In this document: positions 55,314-64,000 of the stretch, in pieces
How positions within the stretch are numbered: the first letter of the stretch is position 1
Layout of the letters: each line of letters begins with the position of its first letter
From: Lama guanicoe
Taxonomy: Eukaryota
Length of the DNA stretch: 64,000 nt
Direction: 5' to 3'
NCBI GenBank assembly: GCA_013239625.1
Contig: MU054187.1
Span: 17,538,711 to 17,602,710, forward strand
Notes under the pieces: generated by a model
What the model was told of the DNA's origin: nothing
Seen by the model: only the letters and a program-made list of their open reading frames with translations
Databases searched by the model: none
Translations under genes and position numbers: made by a program

Positions 55314-55334
55314 TTTATTGCACTATGCTTTATT
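55314..55334 (-). terminator. Tandem polyadenylation signals
   Basis: Reverse AATAAA at 55329-55334 and 55314-55319, followed by U/GU-rich ttatgtttatgtctt. Confidence 0.4.
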
Positions 55335-55725
55335 TACTTTCAGACAGTATGTATCAATAAAGCCACAGGTGTCCAGTCTCCCACTAGGCTGTCACTGGAG
55401 ACTTTATCTTTCTGGCTTTTCAGTTTCTACAATAACATTATTCCAAAGATAAATTCATTTCACTTTTACTAACTAGGAAGTAATTTAATACAGCAAATTT
55501 GAATAATTCTTTCTGAAAATATATCTTTTATGACAAATCTGTTGCTTGGAGTGTTAGGTTTGAAAAATGACAATCTAAACCATTATTACTCGTTGTGAAA
55601 TGGTCAAACGCAAGTTCTAGCTGTACCAAACTGAAACCTTCCTTACTTCCAGTAATTCTCCCACTACAGGCCCAGACATAATCATGCCAATTCCAGCAGC
55701 AGAACATATGAACAGAGCAATCTGT

Positions 55726-55742
55726 TTAAAATAGTATTCCTG
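55726..55742 (-). CDS. Candidate coding start of a terminal exon of an unidentified gene (NAGNAG acceptor; (A)GILF* if phase 1)
   Basis: Long poly-pyrimidine tract ending ttttcccagCAG|GAATACTATTTTAA; tandem AATAAA about 400 nt downstream. Phase is unknown; phase 0 would read EYYFKQIALFICSAAGIGMIMSGPVVGELLE... Confidence 0.35.
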
Positions 55743-56359
55743 CTGGGAAAACAACAGTAAGATAAGGAAAAAAAAAAAAAACAAAACTCTACTGGAAGGA
55801 AAAAGCAGATAGTAAAAATAATGACCTTTAAAGTTAGAGCACAACTCTCTTCAAAGATGATACAGACAACTACTTATGTACAGCATTGGTGGAATATAAT
55901 TCAGAATAAAGCACTCAAGAAAAGTCATAACTACTGTAATTGTTGTTGTCAGTAGTACTAAAAAAAAGTCTTTTTTTCCTTCTGCAAACTAAAATCATGG
56001 AATGTCTATTTACTGATACAGATGGCTTGTTGTGTTTCACTGGCTTTTCATTGCTGGAAATGTCATTAAAGTAATGTGATCAAAAAAAGAAAAAAGAATC
56101 AGAGCAAATGCAAACCAAAATGCACTAGGTTCAATGTCAGGTGTGTTGACAAGCCACTGTCATTACAAGTGACAACAGGTCTGATGCTTTCTCACATCAC
56201 CACATCCACGGCCCAGGTTGATTCTGTCAAGCATGGTGCTTTTCTCTCACAGCTCTACATTTCCACAATTTAACACATTCCAAGACAGATGAGATCAGAG
56301 GGCACACATATAACATCACCACCATGACCATCACTTTTCTTCTGCAGCTTTATACTCAA

Positions 56360-56490
56360 CTTGAGTGTAAGCCTCCTGCAGGCAGGAATAGGGACTATTT
56401 TGTGAGCCCCCTGCTCCATCTGCATTGCCTAATACAGTGCCTGGTCCGTGGAAGGTGCTGAATAAAGGTTTGTTGAATGGTCAAATGAAT
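56360..56490 (+). mobile_element. L2 3' end
   Basis: gagtgtaagcctcctgcaggcagg...acagtgcctgg...aataaaggtttgttgaatg. Confidence 0.7.
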
Positions 56491-56629
56491 GCTACTGCAA
56501 GTTGATAATATCTAATTCCTTTCAAGCACTTATAATATTGTTTCAATAATAAAAACAGACAATTGAAAGGCCCTTAATAAACATTTATTCCAACTTTCCA
56601 CTCAAATGAAAATCCTCCAACAACAACAG

Positions 56630-56810
56630 CAACCTCTTTTGTGTCAAGTGCTATGTTAAGTGCTATGCGTACATTAGAAATTTAATACCGATATTTAAAA
56701 GGTAGATGTAATTATTTTCCTTCTACAAATGGGGAAATGAGGTGTATAAAGTTCATGATACACCTGAATGGCCCACAGCTAGCATGTGGTAAAACCAAGA
56801 TTCTAATTGA
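56630..56810 (-). mobile_element. MIR SINE
   Basis: tgtgtcaagtgctatgttaagtgct...tacaaatggggaaatgagg...cccacagctag. Confidence 0.65.
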
Positions 56811-56834
56811 TGCTGGAAAAGTTCAAATATCAAG

Positions 56835-57660
56835 CCAAATTAAGTTTGGCTGAGAGTAACAGAAAACTTCATAACGACAGTGGCTTAAACCCAAGGCTAA
56901 TAGTTTAAACCCAAAGCAGCTGTGCTCCACAAAGTTTTCAGGAACCAAGATTCCTGCAGGTCACTGCTCTAACATACCTGGGCTGTGTCCTTTATCCCCA
57001 GATTCTAAGGCAGTATCTCTCTTTAGGGAGAAAGATGAAGGAAGAATCAAAAACAGCAGTAAGGAATACCAGACAACTATGTCTTAAGGAAGGCTTTTGG
57101 AAACTGACACACTTGCTTACATCTCATTGACCAGAAGGTAGTCACTGTTACAGGTTGAACTGTGTCCCACAAAATTCGTATGTTGAAGTCCTAATCCTCA
57201 GCACCTCAGAATATGACCTCATTTAAAACTAGAGGCATTGAAGATGTGATTAGTTAAGATGAAGTCATACTGGAGTGGGGTGGGCCCTTGATCCAATATG
57301 ACTGGTATCCTTATAAAATGAATGCCATGCACAGAGCCAGGCATGAACACAGGGGAAATACCAGGTGAAGATTAGAATTAAGCTGCATAAGCCAAAGAAC
57401 TACGAGAAGGTAGGACAGAGGCCTGGGACAGATCTGTTTCTGGAAACTTCAGTGGGAGCATGGCCCAGATGACACCTCTAGAACTCTGAGACCATGCACT
57501 ACTGCTGTTTAAGCCACTCAGTTTGTAGCGCTTTGTCAAGATGCCCTAGCAAAGCAGCGCAGTAACCTTTAAGGCGGTCAGGCAAAATTTAGTTTTTTTG
57601 CACTATGTCTGGTTAAAATTTTGAAAAAGAAAGAAAATGACTTTTTAGGACAACAGGCAG
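56835..57660 (-). mobile_element. Old MaLR LTR split by a younger MLT1 insertion
   Basis: ttggctgagagtaacagaaaa...cagtggcttaaac...gcttacatctcattgaccagaa...tagtcac. Confidence 0.6.
57146..57561 (+). mobile_element. MaLR solo LTR, MLT1B/C-like
   Basis: tgttacaggttgaactgtgtccc...tttaagccactcagtttg...ccctagcaaa; TSD gtcac/gtaac. Confidence 0.85.
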
Positions 57661-57749
57661 TCTACCAAACTATGCTATACTCTGAGAGGTGGTCTTAATA
57701 CTCGGTACTCCATTGAATCTGTCACTATTGATTGTGAAATATATATCAG

Positions 57750-57892
57750 TACATTATATTTTGAACCGTCTAGAAAGAAAAAATGTTAGCAATTCAATTA
57801 TGATAGGTCATCTACTATAAGGTGCATCCTTATTTCAGAGATGTTAACTGTGAAAAAAATAAATAGGCCACTTAGAATCAAATAAATACAGT
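57750..57892 (-). mobile_element. Tc2-type MITE (MER104-like)
   Basis: gcatccttatttcagagatgttaa...aaaaa...cttagaatcaaataaatacagta. Confidence 0.55.
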
Positions 57893-58627
57893 AAATGATC
57901 TATAGACAATTTAGTTACAATAGTAACTAAATTAAAAAATGCACAGAAAATAAATTGTTTCCATGGGCTATAATTCAATATTTTACACTCTAGCTTATAA
58001 AACAAAATGACTCATCTTACTACAGGATTAAAAAAAAGTATATAAAAATAATCAGATACAAAGGATATAAAAAGTCAATATGAATATTGATATAAATATA
58101 AATATATAAAAAAGACTGTTCCTTGGTTAATCTTGATAAAAATGTTTCCACTAGATTGGTGGAATGTAGTATCAGTGGCATATATTCCCTTTAAATCACA
58201 GTAATATTTGGTATCAGTTATGCTTATTCTACAAAGAAAGGATTATTTTAGGTGGTGGTTTCCTGAAAGAAATGTAATACTCCTTTCTCTACCAAATAAA
58301 AAATAATAGTAATTGGGAACAACAAAAAGAAGACCTAATAAGTGAGATTAAAAACTGTAAAATTACCAAATGCAGTAAAAATTTCCTTGTTAAAATTTTG
58401 CTTTTATTTTCCTTTTCTCCATCAAATGCAGTTCCATTTACTTGAATTATTCTTCTCATTATGTATTGGCTAAACTTCTTTAGAAGAAATGAGGATTTTT
58501 CACTTTAGTCCCAAAGGGAAATTTTAATTGCATGTTGCCATGACAAGTTGAATTATTAAGACATATATTACTAAGTAATTCTACAACTTTCTAATTTTAG
58601 AGGGTCTTAGCAAGAAAGTCACTTTCT

Positions 58628-58644
58628 TTAGACGTAACTGGGAT
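58628..58644 (-). CDS. Candidate coding start of a terminal exon of an unidentified gene (xPSYV* if phase 1)
   Basis: Branch-point-like gctaat, then gctttttttttctttttag|ATCCCAGTTACGTCTAA. All three frames stop within 22 codons; reverse AATAAA at 58403-58408. Confidence 0.4.
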
Positions 58645-59664
58645 CTAAAAAGAAAAAAAAAGCAAAGCATCCGTTTCATAATTAGCAACGAACAATGTAA
58701 CAACAAGTTAACCTGCCCAACCATGGGCAGCGAAAGGAAACCAGAGTCTACCACTGTGCAAGCTTTGATGATTTTACATTTATGAACCCATAGCTGAGCT
58801 TAATTCAGCAACTGACCTGTGAAACAGCACCAGTCATTAATACTAATAACTACTATAGTAATTAAAGTATTTCCCTTAGTATTACAGAACACAATAAAAC
58901 CAATTTGAGATTCAATTCCAACAATAAACAGCTACAACATTAGTAAAGACGTTAGCTAATACAGAGTTTAGAGTCTAAAAAGGGCATTTGCAAGGTATGG
59001 AGTTGGACTTCCTGTACGGATTGCTGGACACTCGCTTTAAGCACAGAAGCCTCTGGGCATTTGCGGGGAGGTGGAGTCAAATGGTGATAATAATTTCAAT
59101 AGTGGGAGGGGACAGAGAAACACTAAAATGGGCTTAGCCAAATGGAGGTGGTAATTAATTCACTCTAATAATTTAAATTAAGTATTCGTAAAACAAAAGA
59201 AGATGAGATTAAAAACAAGGACACTGTTCTACACTTAGAACAACTCTAGAGCTCTAGACAGCAAGAGATTTATCTTCAGAAGAAATACATTTTATATTAG
59301 AAACAAACCTAAATCATAAAATTATTAGCGATGTTTTTATCCTTAAGACTTTGAGTCAAGAAAAGTTAAAAAAAAAGAATTACTTTCTCCAATTTTTTAA
59401 ATAACTAAATTCAGCTTTTAAAGTCCCTAACAAAGAACCAACTCAGCAGAAGCTCTTTTGGCACCTGGCCTGTTGGTGAGCCTCTTCCTGCTTTCTGAGC
59501 AGCGCAATCCTAACTCCATTTTCTTTAAAGATCGTCTCAAATGTGAACTGTTCTGTGTGGCCTTTCCTGATCTCCATGAGGAGATAGTCTCTCTAGATGG
59601 TAATTTTACAACTGTACTTTGTCTCCAAGATCAGATAAATGCCTGACTTACCTACACTCCAGAC

Positions 59665-59997
59665 CAGGACCTGGCATACTTTTTCTATAAAGAATGACTA
59701 TTTTAGGCTTCACCAGCCTTTTGGTCTCTTTCCCAGCTACTCAAATCTGCCATTTTAAGGTGAGAGCAACCACAGACAGTACACAATTGAAGGAGCATGG
59801 CTGTGTTCCAATAAAGCTTTATTTATGGACACTGAAATCTAAATTTCATGTAATTTTCACATGCCACACAGGATTATTCTTCTTTTGATTTTGTTCTCAA
59901 CCATTTAAAAACATAAAAATCCTTTTTCACTCACTGTCCATAGAAAAACAGGTAGCAGGCCAGATTTGGTCCACAAACTATGGCTTGCCAACCTATG
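59665..59997. mobile_element. hAT-Charlie MITE, MER58B-like, inserted in L2
   Basis: gctactcaa.tctgcc, gagcatggctgtgttccaataaa, ggccagatttgg. Flanks ctccagac/ttctagat fit the NTCTAGAN target. Confidence 0.85.
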
Positions 59998-60903
59998 TTC
60001 TAGATTATGGATTTTGTAAGACGAGGCACCTCCTTGACTCATCTACACTGTCCCTGCAGTACTTAAGAAGTGCTCCTATCAGTAGTTGTCAAAGTGAATA
60101 CTGGCATTGTAGAGATAAGTTGCAGGGAATAAAAACAAAATCAAGTTCTATACTTTTGTCTACCTTCTCAGAACGTCTTTAAGCAGATCCCATCTTATTC
60201 TCTTTTGTTCTCCTGTTCTTTTCCCTCAAGGAGTTACCACATTAGCTAATTATGTATTTATTTGTGAGTTTTCATGGTTATTACTGTCACCCTCGTATAT
60301 ACATCTCTATATATCCTATTGGTTCTGTTTCTCTAGAGACTCTTGATAAAAACACCCCTCCATAACAAATCATTTCTACTCCCTCTTAATGTTAAGAAGT
60401 TCAATTTCAGCCTGATTGATACTCCTTTATTAATGGCATTTCTTATATTTCTGGTGGTTCTTATAATGAATCCTTATCTATGCTGTTCTGTGGTTTCACT
60501 ATGTCGTGACTAATTATGGATTCCTATGTTTGTATCCTGTCTAGCTCATGTGATGGTTTCTGAATCTGAATTTGTACCTCTCATGAATTCTGAATAAAGG
60601 TTACCATTGTCTCTTCCTATCTTCTCTGGTCTCCTTTGAGAATTCCAATTAGACATGTGTTGTCTTCTTGTTCTCTTTCGGTATGCCATGTAAGCTGTTC
60701 TTCAAGGTTTCTATATACTAGCATTTCTGTGCTGCATTTACTTAGTTTTATTATTACTTTATGCATAATAATTTACCATCATTAGTTTATAACCTATCTT
60801 TTAGCTTATGATTTATCTTTTCTGCTATATCTTTTATCTAACCCATCAACTGAGGTTCTGGTTTAAATTATTAAACTTTTCAGTTCTAAAAAAATATTCT
60901 CTA

Positions 60904-61882
60904 TGTTCCACATGTTTCTCAGCCCTCATGGCATGAGTCACTTACGAGAAGAATCTCAGATAAGTTTGTTTGCTGCCCTTCAGATGTCCCATAGCCTTAG
61001 CCAAAAAGAAAAACTTACACTGAGATGGCAGAGCCCTGCCATTCAATCAGCCTGGTTATCTAAGTTGCTGGAGAGAAGACAGTCACCTTAGAGACTCCTT
61101 ATCCTTGGCCAACTTTAAGGAAATAGAAGTAACACTTGTCACACATGATCTGTTTATTTTGCAACTGGAAATTGGTACCTCTTTTCTCCCTGACCTATTT
61201 GTATCTTCCCCTCAACCCCCTCTCCTCTGAAATGTGCAATGCAGGGAATATAGTTAATAATTAAGTAATATCTTTGTATGGTGACAGATGATAACTAGAC
61301 TAGTCCTGGTGATCATTTTGTAATGTATACAAATATCGAATTACTGTGTCCTGTAACAGGAACTAGCATAGTGCTGTAAGTCAATTAAATGTCAAAAACA
61401 AACAAACTCATAGAAAAATAGACCAGATCTATGGTTACCAGAGTCAGGGGCTGAGGGGAGGTGGAATTGGAAGAAGGCAGTCAAAAGGTGCAAACTTGCA
61501 TTTATAAAATAAGTAAGTACTAGAGGTATAATGTACAACACGATAAAAATAGTTAACACTCTTGTATGTGATATATGAAAGTTAAGATGATAAGTCGTAA
61601 GATTCTCATCACAAGGAAAAACTATTTTCTTCCTATTTTTTTCCAATTTTGTATCTATATAAGAGATGATGGTTAGTCACTAAATTTACTGTGGTCATTA
61701 TTTCATGATGTTTGTAAGTCAAATGATGTTTCTGTATACCTTATACTTGTACAGTGCTAGATGTCAAATATATCTCAATAAACTAGAAGAAAAATAATAA
61801 AATAAAATAAATTTTAAAAGCAACATTTGTTGTCAGTGTTGCATTTTGCTGTGGCATGGCCTAGCTCATCCTGACTAACACA
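60904..61882 (+). mobile_element. LTR-like element split by an L1 insertion
   Basis: Right remnant ends tcctgactaacaca, an ERVL/MLT2-like terminus; the left part is non-L1 sequence. Confidence 0.4.
61140..61815 (+). mobile_element. L1 3' end with 5' inversion (twin priming) and TSD
   Basis: 61140-61229 is the reverse complement of the 3'UTR segment immediately preceding the sense part 61230-61815; A-rich tail; TSD 61124-61139 vs 61815-61830 (13/16). Confidence 0.85.
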
Positions 61883-62849
61883 AATTTTGAATTCATTATT
61901 TTTCAATTCTATATGGTTATTTTTTATATCCTCGTATTCTTCAGTCACTTTTTGAATATTCATTTTATCTTTTTCTTACTTTATACTCCAAAAGCAATAA
62001 TTTTAATACTTGATGTCCTTAGGATTTAAATTTGTTGGTTGTTGTTTTCTCCTGCATATATCTGAAAATTTGTGGAGTTTTTTCGGCTGTATATTCATCT
62101 TTGATTAAATTTGGTCTATGGAAGAACATTAGGGACCTGATTTAAGGATGATTCCCTCCAGAGAGGATTTTTACAGACTTCTGCTGCAGCAAGGCATCTC
62201 AACAAACTGGGACAACTGTAATTTAATTCCTCAGCTTCATCAGGGTTCCCTGACCAGTAGTATAGCAAGTAATATAAGGTAGAACTCTAAACCAGTGTGA
62301 GGCAAGCCTAAAACACACATCCTAAAGAGCCACTTTATCCACCTGTCTGTGGCTGTGGGCAGAAGAGACAGACTTTCATGTCCATTTTCATTTCTGGTCA
62401 ATAGCTTTTTTCATCCTGCCCTTTGACTGAGGGTATATCCCCTTAGAGGAACAATTTTTATGAAAATTCTTCTCTGACTTCCTCCAGCTCCATACGCCCA
62501 AACTTAACATCCTCATCCCAATTTAGCTGTTCCCTAAAATTCTAGGTTGCTCTATCATCATGTTCTCCCTCCCTGTGCCCCAAGAAATGCCCAGATTCCC
62601 TATTGGCTTGCAGTTTTGATTTCAGCTTTTAAATCTTTCTGTGTTATTAGGGAAAGAGGAGGTACTTAAAGATTTCTTTACCTACATGAGGACTCAGCTA
62701 TGAATATAAAAATATATTTATTTTAGTTTATTTCATGTCTGTGTTTTTCAGAGGAAGAGCTTGAAAGAAACAAAACTACGTGTGTTTTTACATACAGCTA
62801 TATTCCTGCCACTTCATATAGTATGAACACAAAATTTTTTCTTAATAAA

Positions 62850-63110
62850 TGTTATAGAATTGCTCAGATTGAAGAAAAATACAAAAATAAGACATATTAA
62901 ATATTTTTTAATTTCTGAATGCTTTAAACATATAGAAAAATAAAGAGAATAATATAAAACAAACAGCCAGGTTATGACAACCCAGATATTATAATGTTGA
63001 TATTCTTCTGTATATGCTTCAATCTTCTTTTAGAGTAATACAATGTTGCCAAGACAAATAGCCTCCAATTAGAGCTAATTGAAGAGCAGAGGATTCTTTT
63101 AATTAACATA
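62850..63110 (-). mobile_element. L1ME-type 3' fragment
   Basis: ttaaacatatagaaaaataaagagaataatataa...cacccag-like text. Confidence 0.5.
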
Positions 63111-64000
63111 CATTGACTCAAAATTAAATATTTTATACAATGCTTAGCACTGTAGATTTAAATCACTTATGTAGGTCAATAATGGAGCTATGGCTTTCAG
63201 AGTAAAATTTTACTATGACTGTGTTATAGATGATTCATTCTTGTTCCATAAACATTTATCAAACACCTAAGCAAAAAATCTAGCAGTGAAAATAAAGAAG
63301 GGGAAGAAAATGCTCTAATCATGAGAAACCTTCTTTATTCCTTACTGACAATGTATATCTAAAAAAAAAATGGACACATCTGTGTATGTTATCCCCTGCC
63401 TTTCAACTCTGTTTGGACTATTTATTAATTCTTGACAAAAAATCAATATATTGTGAATTCATTTATATATACTCAATATTAGAGAGATAAAATACAATAA
63501 TGAAAGTACTATTACATAAAGGAGTACCCGATAGGACTATTACAGATACTTAGAGATGAGCTATGCCTCTCTCATTTCCTCTACTTTACTGTATAAGCAG
63601 ATATAATACTATTTCTTCCATTATGAGTTGAAATATTCTTAAATTTGTTGAAGAATTTCAATAAAGCCAATGAAAGGAATTATTAATCCCTTGGATAGTA
63701 GTGGGAAATGCACTGTAATTGGTAGGCTTCGTATCAGACTTCTTGGAATTTCTCCAACTGCATTAGCAATTGGTCATCTTAATTACATGGTCCATTAGCT
63801 GAAATCTGCATCACAAAACTCCCATGCACAGTTCTTGCCAGCTCTGATCCATTCATTGTGAGGTCAAAGTTTCCTTGCTCATTGCAAAATGAAACTAGAT
63901 ATATTAAGTTAAAGTATTTCGAGCTCATTAAATATACAACCTCAAGTTAGTCACCATTTCACATACAGAAAATAACTGCAGTTCTGGAGACAAGGCCTCC

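Larger units (their letters stand above)
60380..62750 (-). mobile_element. Old L1M (ORF1/5' region) interrupted by later insertions
   Basis: aattccaattagacatgtgtt, ttttcagttctaaaa (left); tttatttcatgtct...cagagga (right). Confidence 0.5.

Noticed and set aside
1..64000. Supplied ORFs (60-124 aa) as protein-coding genes
   Set aside because: All are short, many have non-ATG starts, and most overlap repeats or low-complexity DNA. The only recognisable peptides are L1 endonuclease, L1 ORF2 C-terminus and L2 RT remnants.
1..64000. Novel multi-gene system, CRISPR array or prokaryotic/viral operon
   Set aside because: No regularly spaced direct repeats, no long ORFs and no operon structure; the repeat content is typical eutherian.

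Overview
AT-rich eutherian nuclear DNA, mostly non-coding and repeat-dense. It is probably camelid, judging by a tRNA-Ala-derived Vic-1-like SINE at 12.8 kb. Most of the window is decayed L1, L2, MIR, MaLR/ERV LTR and DNA-transposon fossils. Subfamily names are from recalled consensus sequences and most repeat boundaries are approximate. No ORF in the supplied track looks like an intact gene; those I can explain are L1/L2 remnants or chance ORFs. The most notable structures are: (1) a near full-length U6 snRNA retrocopy fused without a poly(A) to an L1 ORF1/ORF2 segment (U6-L1 chimera, 46.8-48.35 kb); (2) two minus-strand terminal-exon-like units at 58.6 and 55.7 kb that could be alternative last exons of an unidentified gene extending to the right of the window; (3) a CTCF core with its upstream motif at 41.0 kb; (4) a twin-primed, 5'-inverted L1 with target-site duplications (TSDs) at 61.1-61.8 kb; (5) two CpG-enriched patches. 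I found no evidence for a new multi-gene system, CRISPR array or prokaryotic element.
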